64,000 bases of DNA from Haliotis cracherodii (taxonomy: Eukaryota), in the NCBI RefSeq assembly GCF_022045235.1, contig NW_027266270.1, positions 20,398,001 through 20,462,000 on the forward strand, given 5' to 3'. This document shows, one piece after another, positions 26,267 to 38,396 of this stretch. Within the stretch, counting starts at the first letter, position 1. Every line of letters begins with the position of its first letter. Below the pieces are notes generated by a model that ran no database searches, was not told the DNA's origin, and saw only the letters and a list, made by a program, of their open reading frames with translations. The position numbers and the translations under genes were made by a program.

Positions 26267-29200
26267 AAATGTTTGTCCACCATTTATATTACGAACGTCC
26301 CATGCCTTGGGGAATTGTGACAAGCTATCCAGATCACCTTTCGAAAAGGCCCAGTCCCGCATAGTTCCCAACACAAGTTGGTGTCATGAAGAATGTGAGA
26401 ATAAAATGATAGGCATAAAAATCTGGATATCGATGCAATTCCTATCCATCTTTGTTAAGTTTCCCACAAACATTACTTTCTCCATTTTCCTATTACTGAT
26501 TTCCCTATAATTTACCTAGATCCTATTTCAATACCAGCAGATCCTGGGCATCTGCGACATAAAACCTTGAAACCCAATCCACAAAGTCCTAGGCCCTCTC
26601 AAAAATATCAACAGAAACATGGAGTGTTACAGCCAGGTCAGCTGGATAAAAACATAATCGGATATAGAGACACATCTGTCACAGCAGAAAAAGCCTGGAC
26701 AGATTTCATGCCCAGACATTTCTTCTCTGAGTAGAGTTCCTGATCGGCTATGCCCTTGATAAAGAATGCCCAAAAGGCACGTATTACGTCAATGTACCGA
26801 CTAAAACCATCAAATAGCATAATCGCCTTCACGAGAGAGAGACAGAATTTTGCAACATTTCTTGGGGGTGTTCTGTCATGAGCAATGATTTTTGGGGGGG
26901 GGGGGGGGGGGAGAGAGATACTGGTTTGGCAAAATAAAGATATTTCAGATATTTGTTTTTATCTTTAAAAGGGAACTGAAACTGTTGCCATGTGTGCAGT
27001 GTTAAATGTTTAAATTTTTGTTAAACCTTTTGTTGATTTACTGTCTTGTCTTGTAGTTTAACAATATTCACACAATTATTTCGTAAATACCAATTCCAAT
27101 CCCGATCAGATTGGGATTTCATGTTCTTTTTAGAGTGGGCGGAACATAAACCATTCCTCAAGAACAACCCCAGGGCCAAACCTCACATCTAGGATGCACA
27201 TCCGATTTGCTGCATCGACAAATCTAGTTACGCCCTTCAGGCTGCAGTAACATAATCAACTAGTCATCACTTCAGCTTGAAATGTGTGAAGGTGTATCTT
27301 AGTTATGAAATTATCCTCCATGATACACATCAATTTTAATTTTGCCAACATTGGGGTCAAATTTGGGATTCAAACCTTTGGGATTCAAACCTTTAGGTTT
27401 CTGGCATGCCTAAGGTATGGAGTTCTGCTCAGCAATTTGCAAGGTCTTAGACGACTTGGCCACCTCATGAATGGACTACACTTACTCTAAATCAGTTTTC
27501 ACAGTTGGGAGCACTCTTTAAGAAGTCATCCATGCTTGAGGTCCAAAATGGTACAGCTTGTGGAATAACAATTATCCGCTGTGAGCTCACTCAAAGCAGA
27601 AGTTATGAAAGCAAACACCTCCTTAAATGATATTTATGCTCCTGAGAAGGAATGGTATTGGCTGGGTTGATGAACAAGATGGCAGACAAGTCCTTCACCA
27701 TTCATACATTTCATTATATTCCTTCATACATATGCCGTGGTGTCAACCCAAACCCATTGGCCTTGAAGTGGAATAAACAACCCAATACTCCAAATGACTT
27801 AACTGCCTATAAAATGCCAAGCAGACCAATTTCAGAGGTCTCAACAAGATGGCAGAGCATAAAGTGTTTGAAGGGGATATTAGTCCAAATCAATTCTTTT
27901 GCTTAGTAAATAAAACAACTCATAAAGAAGCAATGAAACGATCACTCAAAATGGCTGATGATTTACAACTATTGACATCTAGTGCTTGGGAGGAACTATC
28001 CTCATCCATGCTGCATATCAATAATATCCAAACCCAATCTGGAGTGAAATCCAATTCAATACGTGACTTGTATACGCATGCATTCAACGTGTTAACTTGG
28101 ATGATATTTCAGAGAGCCCCAGCTTCGAAACATATTAGGGCTTTTAAGAATGTAAATAATGCCATGGAATCAATGGCTCAAAGTCTGAATGACATCAGAA
28201 TATGTGAATAATGCTGAAAAGCTTAGATATTTGATGTCTGTCCTCTTTCTAATAACGGATATCAGTTTTCCAAATTCGGATCCTGTTTAATGTCAATGAA
28301 ACTTCTATTACACTGACAGGAACATCCCCAGCAATGCTGTTAATGGAATCTTCTTCCATGTGAGCGTGTAACTATAACGGGGGCAATAATGATACATATA
28401 TGAGCAGAAAAACTTCATCCAGATTCCAAATCTGATATACCTCATTGGACTAAATCTGATATACTTAATTGGTCTATCAGAAACAGCATATGTGGATGCC
28501 ATCTACTTTAATTCAGATGAATTAGCAAATGTGTTATATTTCTGGGTAGAATAAATTGTGATATTTACCAATTCACAAAATTAATCTGTTATAGAATTTG
28601 CATCTGCCTAATTGTGAAAGTGGTAGTCCACAAGGGAATGCCACTTGTCCTTCCTAATTGTACTAGTCCCGGACTCATGTGATTTCTGTATCAACTGTAC
28701 AGCAGTGTGCCATTCATGTATCACACAGATACAATCCATTTGTATTTTTTTAAAACTTTTTGAGGGGGGGGGGGGGGGGCAAATTGTCTGACAAAGAATC
28801 AAACAAATTTGGGAAATTGTTCAAACAAGTTCAAATCACTTGTAACTGACATAAAAAAAACATTTCTGGTATCTGTTTAACCTAAGCCACTGGGAATTAA
28901 AAAGGAATGGGTTTCCCAATCTGTTGGGTCATTCACAGACTGAGGGATATCGGGAACTTTACATAAAAATATAACAAACTGACATGTCTGGTTAAGTCAA
29001 TTAACACAAAGTCCTCAGAGCATATGATTGAATGGGCCTTTACACTACATTCAGCAATGTTGCTGCTGTAGTCCAACTGATAGCAAGGTGTGAAATGCCT
29101 GGGATTGTAGGGCAGGATGAAACAAAGGTAATAAAGTCATAATCATTAGTCACCTACTCATGGAGAACTGACAGAGAAAATGTCTTGGTTTAGTATGCAC

Positions 29201-30854
29201 TGAATACAACACCTCGGCCTGGCCAACACATGATGGAGCAGTGTCTCTGTAAATCACTGTCACCTAATGTATGTTCGGGGGGGGGGGGGGGGGGAATGCT
29301 TACGTTAAGACTTAGTTCCGTGCCACTCAGACAATTTGATTAAAAATGTAACTGTTTGTCTGTTGCCTGATGCTGGACAGCAGTAGGCCTGCCATGTGGC
29401 GGCATGTAAACAAACCAGACAATCAAGTGATGGACCAGACAATCAAGTGATGAACCAGAAAACCTAGTTATCCTTTTTCAGTGATTCTGGCAAGGCAAAG
29501 GGACATAACTCTTCCCATCCAATTGTGGCACCTTAGATCACAGAACAATCATGCTCCAAGCAAAGTAAGTCGCCATTGGGATATGGCTTGATGAGTGTAC
29601 TGTCCATACTCGGCAGTCATGCCGTTAGCCAATCCACACTGCAGCTGCTTTGGGGTCACAGGGAAACTGTTCTGCCCTTGAATTCTCACAGGACACTTCC
29701 TTACTAGACAGTATACAGTTCTGTAGCATGGGATTTGGTGTGGTCTACTGTAGGGCTGGGACAAGTCCAAATTTACTACCCAGGTACCCAATCCCTCATT
29801 ACCCGAAAATACCTGGGTACCAGCTGTAGGTCTCAAAAGAAGGGTACAAAATGTCCGATTGAGAATTCTTTGACTGGAGCTCTGGCAAAAAGTATTCACA
29901 ATCAGATCACGAAGGAACATGAACTAACTTTGGTACTTGCAACAGACCCATCACAAGAATGTTAAGGACTAGAAATATAGGTTGGGTTCAGAAAGCGAAC
30001 AGCAGTGGATGAGTAAATGTTGTTTCACACACACGCTATGAGCATTGCAGCAAGACAGTGAAAAACAGGATTGATGGGTATGTGGGTGGGTGAGTCGGGT
30101 AATGTGGGGCAAGTTGGTTGACTTGTTTATGGGTGGGTCGGTAGGTGTTGCTTGATGGTTGAATTGGTTGATGGATGGGCAGGTACACAAAATCACTGGA
30201 AGGGTACAAAGGGCTCACCACAAGTTACGCCACTGCACTGGTAAAGAAGATAACGTGCGGCCAATAAATGTCATAATGCTTAGGAGGCATTATATAACAG
30301 ACACATGATTCAATAATCATTACACAATAAATGAGAGGAAATTATCATACATAACGGACGATTTTGGAAGATATGGAAACAATTGGAGGAACTTGTTCAT
30401 TGAATGTATTTAGCTGCACAGTATAGGCAATTTGATCCCAGTGGTTGCTTCTGATCAATTTTGTAGGGGCTTCTGAGTACATTGACCATAGTCTAATTCA
30501 TATGTGAAGACAGGTTAAATGATATAACTGGTGTAGGAACCGACAGAAACAGGCATTAGTTCTACAGGCATTATTCTTCTGACAAGAAATGACAAAATCA
30601 TGACAGCGTCCATTTGCACAAAAAGAACAGCCTTTGGTACAGTACAATGACAGAAACCAAAAACTTGGGTAAAGTGGTGGCGGTCAAGAATCCTAATTGT
30701 GACAAATCTGTCATCTGTGACAAAACTCATGATCAGCAGATCCTGGCACACTAACAGGTTGCAACTCTTCACAGCAATGCCTAGTGCCTAGGACCACACA
30801 TGTTATTGCAGCAGGGCGTGGAGTCATCCCACAGATGACATCCTTCCCTTGTCA

Positions 30855-30928
30855 ACCTCTTTGGTCATGTGGACAAGGCATCCGACTTTTGATCACAAGG
30901 TCCATGGTTCGAATCCCATTACGGGACA
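30855..30928 (+). pseudogene. tRNA-Arg-like pseudogene or SINE head
   Basis: GGACAAGGCATCCGACTTTTGATCACAAGGTCCATGGTTCGAATCCC resembles tRNA-Arg D to T arms. Stems are broken. Confidence 0.5.
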
Positions 30929-33624
30929 TGAAAATTTTATGACCACTACATTATCAAGAATAACGATTCAACACATATCCATATTGTATGAAGTACAACT
31001 TGAAAGTGAAACCGATTATTAAGAAGAAAATGAACAATTGTCATACGAAGCACCTGTCAAGTTATGGATAAATAATTCACAATTCTCAAACAGCAATGAT
31101 ATATAGGCTCTGGTAAAATACCCCGTTCAAAAATCGATTCCACATTAAAAAAAATTCACAGCAGATCATGAAATGTTGTTCAAATACTCTGATATGAAAA
31201 GCCTTCTGCAAAAGCAAGAGGATTGATTCCCTCATGGGTGTATACCGAGTTAGCTGAATTATTAAATGTTGTACACTGGCATGTATCATTACCTTATTAA
31301 AATTCCACAGAAGTCAACTACTGGAAACCAACAGGACACACATGATTTATCCCGCAGGATGTTGCTATTTTTGACTAAACGTCAACAGACCTCATCGCTA
31401 TTTCAACCTGACACACAATGAACATCCACCACATCAGGAACTTTCAAAATGTGATTGACTAAAACACCCAGGAGACATCATTGTCCATTTACTTCATTAA
31501 TGCAGATCACTTGTTTCATCAGTTCCAGAATCATGACTGCATCCAAGTTTTCTTGGGATGGCTGCAATTTAGAACTAGCTATTGCATAACACGTCGTATC
31601 TCCCAATGGTATATTCACACAAAATGTGCAGGGTTTCTGGAGATGATAATAGTGATTGAAAGCGTAACACAAACTGAGGTGTGACGATGTCAAGGAGGAG
31701 GACCTGTTGCCAAGAATCACATCTGGTCTGAGACAGAAGGGGCAACATATCGTCTCCAGCACCTACTCACTGTCTCCAGTAACTTTTCACTGGCCTTCTG
31801 CTCGAAACCTTGATCTGTTCATTACAGCAATGGCTTGTTGATTGTGCCATTCTTTACCCTGCCACTGTTTATTAATTATTAGTGACACAGTTCTGTCAGG
31901 GCTATCAGCTGACGGGCAGGTCATGGCTGAGTAAACCTTACAGTTGAAGCGTGAAGGTTCCACTGTTTATATGGAAGCAACTCCAGCATCAATGCAGTAT
32001 GTGACAGGCCAGGAAAAGTTGGAGGACATTCCTTGGTAAATGGAGAACTGACATGGGATACCGACATGTACTGGCAGTTGTGCCCTGCTGCATCTGTATG
32101 CTCCATGTAGCTGTTACGACTCGTACTGTTCTGCGTCCTGGCTGTAACTGATTAATTCCCAGCTTGAGTAAGCTAGTAGTGGAGTACTGTTTGTACTGGA
32201 TGTTGATACTCATATGTCTGTGAGGAAGAGAGGCTACACACTTGTGTTTTGTACTGTGCCTCCTGTGAGTGGCTGACAGTGGAGTTCTTACCATGGGATG
32301 AGTGGCAAAATGTCATGATACGTTATGGTGTAGAGGAAGTGGTCACTTTCCTGAATGTCCGATTCCGGTGTCTTCATAGCTTCCGACAACCAATGCCATG
32401 TTCCGTATCGTGAACCGAGAGGTAAGAATATTGGAATATCCTCCACCAAAAAAGTCAGTGTCTCCTACACACGATAGCAGGATCATATCTCAGCCTGAGA
32501 GCAAGTGCCGTCTTGTCCTAGACATGTACACTGCGCAGAAACATTGACACTTCTTACAAATTCAAACTTCCTTACAAATGTCTCCCATGAATACAGTGGT
32601 ATTATTTGTAAAATCTACCAATCAGTGACAGTACTAAGTGATATATTTGGCAGGCCAATATATGGAAGTATTCCAACCAATTATATCTTGAAATGCAAGT
32701 TCTGTGAATGATTCATTCTTCAGTGATAAAACAGTGATAAAACAGTGATAAAACCCTGCTGAATATGTTGCTGCCATTCTGTTACAACCACTACCATGAC
32801 TACTGACACCATGCTCCAAGTTACCTTCAACAGGTTCCTTATCTGAATGTCATGTTAACATGTTCTTACTGACAATTAATTGACATATAAAGGCTTCCTA
32901 TTTACTATTAATTGGTTGACAAAAATGTTGGCCTTCAATTTCAGGTGTGTGTCTTTTCAGTCTTGATAAGCAAAAAATAACATATAAGGCCTAAGAGACA
33001 AGTAAATTTCAATGGGTTAGAGAAAACACAATGTTGCAACAACATATCAAGTACAGTCTTTATAATTGGGATGGGGGGGGGGGGGGGGGGGGAGAAGGGG
33101 GTGGTGGTGTTGTCAGAGATGACAAGCGGGCGTCCTAGAGTCTGTCTAAACATTCTAAACATCAAAATATATAGCAATCCAAATTTGATGGCGTCGAGTA
33201 ACCTTCAAAACAGGATAATCACACATATATTTATACTTAGATCCGATGCCAAATGTCATTTATGACAGGAACAATTCTGGTAACAATTGTAACAGTATAC
33301 ATATTCATCCCATCAGTCAAGAGTGTTCATGGGTTTGCTTAATTGTTGGTAGTGTTTGACTTTGGCCTCAAATAGTAATTAGCTCCAAGCTGAGCTCATA
33401 GTTGTGCATTTGCAGGACACGATGAAACAAACTCTCATAATTAGGACTGTAAACTCTCCAAGTTAATGTATAATAGGGCTATGTTACACTTTCCCTTTAA
33501 ACATAATTATATGTGCCATTTGTGGTACAGGAATAGCCAGAGGTGGTCATGTCCCTGAATGAGTGAGTACACACACAGGGCCTGGGTTAGTATGTGGTGT
33601 GTGACAACACCACATTCAGTAATA

Positions 33625-33967
33625 CTGTATTCGACGTAATAAGCGCCCAGGGCGCTCTCAAAATTAGAAATTGGGGGCTCTTATTAGAATATTATTTTGG
33701 TGGAAAAACAGAGTTGAAAGATAAATTTCGTGGTTTATGCTGACGGCCTGACTGTTTATATACGACAGATATATTTTTTCCAGAATTGAATTGCCCATAA
33801 TTAATGGTGTACATAACACACGAGTGCGTATTATACACGAACAAATAAGTCTTGTGTACATTGCTCAATCGGAAGGGGTGCTAATTGGGATTGTTCACTT
33901 GCCAATATATTAGCAAATATCGCCGTGGGCGCTTATTAGAGCGGGGCGCTTATTACGTCGAATACGG
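33625..33967. mobile_element. Tc1/mariner(pogo)-type MITE
   Basis: TIR C(T/C)GTATTCGACGTAATAAGCGCCC at both ends, TA target duplication. Confidence 0.88.
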
Positions 33968-33981
33968 TACTCTCGCTACAT

Positions 33982-34174
33982 CATGGCGGTCTGTAAATAA
34001 TTTACTTTGTACTAGACAATCCAGTGACTGACATCATTAGCATCGATCTACGCAGTTGGGATACAATGACATGCATCAACCAATTCAGTGAGCCTGACCA
34101 CTCCATCCCATTAGTTGCCTCCTACAACAAGCATGAATTGCTGAAGACCTATTCTAACCAGTATCTTGACAGGT
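33982..34174 (-). mobile_element. SINE family B
   Basis: Aligns to the 38130-38396 copy and abuts a MITE. Confidence 0.85.
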
Positions 34175-37100
34175 GGAACTACTGGCAGCACTTGTCTAAT
34201 TAATAGCACATACATACACATTTATATGGGATACACTTTTAACACTGATTTAAACAGTAAACGTGAAATGAGTCCCATGGAATATTAACATCCCCATTTG
34301 TTAAACAAACAATCAGTGTCCAATTGAGTATTAACAACTTCATTTTTAGCACCAAAAGAGGTAAATATTCTCCACATTAAACATTTTTCTCGTGAATTTT
34401 CAACACAAAACATTGTGCTTAAGCCTTCAAGGATTATGTTTTCCCAAATCTATCAAAATATTTAAAAGAGTTTTACCCTATTTTGACACTTACAGGACCA
34501 CTGTCTCCTTCAGTTTGATACAAATCAGTCAGTGGATGATAGCGCTGCCATCTGACTTGGACAGGTTATTCATGCCATTCCCTTGACAACCAGCTAGGAC
34601 AAGTAAACTGACAAATGGATCAGGAGTCAAAAGTAAAAATCTCTCCAGGGAAGCCAATTCCCAATCCTTGTTCTGTCCAACATCCCAGTAGTGCTCTAAG
34701 ACGTTTACACCGCTGTTCTCATTATGAAATCTATCATGGACAGTTCACTTCTCAACAATGACAATAATTGTAAAATGGATTGACAACAATGTGTAGAAAC
34801 GAATCAATGTACACTGAATAATTCAAAAGTTGTTTCAATTGTTTCCTTGTTTTCCCCTGCAAACCTTGTGCTGGGGGAAAAAACCCCTGACAAATGCTTG
34901 TCAAACAAGTGGATTCAGAAACATGCTTATTCATTTAACCGTTGGTTGACAGAAGGAATCAGTTCACAAGATTCTTCACACTGAATGATTCAACAAATTT
35001 TGTGCAACAGCAGAGAAACTGAAAAGGCACATAATGATATATACTAAACAAATATCATTCAGGAACTTGACTATCTTTTTTTAAGTCTGAGCACTCAATT
35101 TTATACAATTATCAAATATCAAAATAAAACTACTCCTAAATAATTGAAATATTCATGTACTTTGAACTTTTTTCTTCTTCAGTGTATCATCCAATTTTCA
35201 ATAGATCACATACTTCGAACAAGTCAATAATTCAAAACTGAAGTTCCCCTTTAATCAAGTGCTCAGTGCTACAGCTGGGTACTTATTGGCGCAGTTATCG
35301 GATGAAACAACACACACAATATACATCAAACAGAGAGACTTATCATCTGGGCTGTGGGGAGACAATCTACATCACAGCTTCAGAAATGAATCTAAATAGT
35401 TCAATATATAATTCATGATGGTTTCACAAAAACCTGGACAATTCAGTAACAAAGGTACTGGTGTACTAAAGCAAATGCAGAGTCCCTATACATGATTTAT
35501 GTTACTAGGATATAGGTCACGCTCAGCGTCAAAAAATAACTGCCTGGCCTCCTGCCCATGGCTGTTAACTCTTCTGTTAGGCTGCATGAAATTTTCCTCT
35601 GCCTGCCTGACTGTCTTGTTTGGTTATAAATATTTTCAAACAATGGTCATACTATTGTATGATTTTTTTAGTCTTCTTTTGAAAGTGATGAATTGTATCC
35701 TTTTTGCACGGTCTCACTTTCAGTTAGACGATAGTTAACAATAGGTCAAAATGTCAGACATTTCAAGGAAATATATAAATCAGTCATCAGCCGATATGTA
35801 AACCATATCCTTTCCATCTGATTATCTGTATGCTTCTGTTATCTACTACCTGTTGTTGTCAATGTTAATCTGCTGCTGATCAAAACATTTCATGCATATA
35901 CCGGTATACCTCTCATCACTTGTTGGTTGTCACTCCAGCATGATAACATGTCAGAATCTACATCTAAACGTCGCAATATGCAATAAACCAGAAGTTTTCT
36001 TACTCAACTTCTAATGCTAATTAAACTGATAGCATATCTTTTTCATTTCAAACAATAAAATATTAACAAGTGAATGTGAAAATAGGAATAGTTCAGGATT
36101 GAAATCTGACAACCATATTTTATCACTTCTTGACCTTGGCCTCTTCACTTCCCATTGCTAAGAGGCACTGTTACATTCCGGTTAATTCATTGCAATTATT
36201 GTCAACACAGCCTGCTGGAATGCTAATGGTGCAATGACTGTCATCTGATACACTACAATCAGTTGTGCTCTATTGGCATCACTGTCAGCATTCAAAATGT
36301 AGACACGTCACTTTCTTAAGTTAGTCCATTCTTTCAATGGCAACAACTAGCAGTGAGTCTGTATGTACGTCCTCTTATCATCCAAGGCAGGAACTCCTAC
36401 ATCAAAATCGTGCGTAGAAGTAATGCATTTTGCAAATAGTTGGGGCTGGTTTTTGTTCTGCCTCAAATTAATTCAGCCTGCACACAATCAGGAACAAGGG
36501 TCATGTGCAGTGGGTTGCCGAACATCAGTGCATGCATTTCTAATCAAGGAGACACAATTGGAAGATGCATGCCAAGATCTGACGGGGATTCTGACAGTGA
36601 CCCAACACACACTTTGAATCATGTCAACATACCAAAACCTGCCACGATTTCAATGTGTAAACCCAAGTAGGCGATGGTCAAGGTCAAAATGACCTGTTCT
36701 GGCACAATACCCTCTACTGTTAAGTTGGTACCAAGTGATATGTCCCAGAAATTCCACGCCATTTCCAAATAAGGTCCACTAATATAACTATGCGATACCG
36801 ATCGATCCTGCCACTGGATAGTGTCTACATACACTAATCCTGATAAACTGACACTATTCCTGAAGCTTATACAGCTCAATTTCCATGACAGTTAAAAGTG
36901 TTTCTTAAACACATCATAATATCAAGAGACTCAAATAAGTGAAGTTTTGACTGATATTGACACCACATATGTTAATTAGCTTGTCAAGACTTCAGTGTGT
37001 TTTGCAGTGATTGATTGATATGTTCAAATATTTCTTAGTTATTATTCCATCCACAGCTTCCACCAATCACAATGACTACTGTCTCCTCAAGTCCTTGGGG

Positions 37101-38129
37101 GGTCATCTCAAGACCTCAAACAAACTTAATTGAATACCAACTCCTGAGTAATATCTTCTAACGATAATGTGATGCTGTCCATGATTGATGTATTCATAAA
37201 AGAACTGACTAGTATGCTGATGAAACAGAAACATGGACCAAGGCCCGGTAGAAAGCTCTCTGTTTGTGCAACTGTGTGGCAAATAGCCCCTATGGGACAG
37301 ATGCACCTAACAGCCTTGTGAAGTGGGAAATTACTGGGAACATTTATCGGAATAATTACAAATGTGTTGCAATCAGCCAGGTCAACTGAGTATTCAAATC
37401 TGAAAGAGCACCATAAACCTCATTACACAGAGCCTACCCTATTGCTTGTATTAACACGGCACTGACAGTACAGGCAGGCCTCATAACCTGATAGTACAGC
37501 AATTACCAGTTACTTAACAGTTGGAATCCCTCAACACCTGATAACAGCAATTGTGCTAAAACCCAATTAACAAAAACATTTTCAAAAATAAATCATAGTT
37601 CCGTTTAACTGTGGAACATTTAGTAGAAATGAGGTACTTTGTTTTGTTATCTCCTGAATTAATGATATCAGTAAACATGAGATATTTCACAGCACCAGTT
37701 ACAGCATCTCGTCCTCATAGGTTAAAATCTCTTAGGGCACATTAGCAACTTGGCTCTGACAAGGAGACTATGTCAAAATGTCAAAGCCTTCATTTAACAG
37801 TATCATTATCGGTAGCCTTTTCACCCTTACGTGAAGATGTGTTCGTACCTTTTGCCCATGTAAATTCAAGAATACATTTGACTTGTATTTACCAGACAAA
37901 TCCTTTTTGGTCTTTTTTTTAATTATTAGTGGTAGCATTTGCTATTTACTGAACGGAAACAATGTGTTCTTGCTCTTCTAATCTTACAAGCCAGAGGGTT
38001 TTACTGGACTCGGCTTTGGACATGTGCTTAATTCTTCTACTGTACTTGCTTGTTATGTGTACATTGTGTGACAGCATCACAGATGAAGCAGCAGCAGTAG
38101 CAGCAACATACTGAGATGAAGCAGAATCT

Positions 38130-38396
38130 CTCGTCTTGTTTGTTGTTTAACACCGCACTCAGCAGTATTCCAGCTATATGACGGCGGTCTGTAAAATAAT
38201 GGAGTCTGGACCAGACAATCCAGTGATTGACATCATGAACATCGATCCACGCAATTGGGACCGATGACATGCAGCAATCAAGTCAGCGAGCCTGACCACC
38301 CGATCCCGTTAGTTGCCTTTTATGACAAGCATAGTCACCTTTTACGGCAAGCATGGGTTGCTGAAGACCTATTCTACCTCGGAATCTTCACGGGTC
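38130..38396 (-). mobile_element. SINE-like family B (no tRNA head, structured 5' end), full length
   Basis: 13-bp TSD tgaagcagaatct at 38117-38129 and 38397-38409. (AAC)-type tail. About 10 related copies in the window. Confidence 0.9.

Noticed and set aside
26300-28500. Coding-looking stretch including the 120-aa ORF 27849-28211
   Set aside because: No recognisable domain in any frame and many stops; possibly a decayed element but cannot be supported.
29905-29915. GATCACGAAGG, the U1 stem-loop I loop bound by U1-70K
   Set aside because: On the antisense strand of the gene with no flanking stem; compatible with chance.
30855-30928. Functional tRNA gene
   Set aside because: Acceptor and anticodon stems do not pair; kept only as a pseudogene or SINE head.
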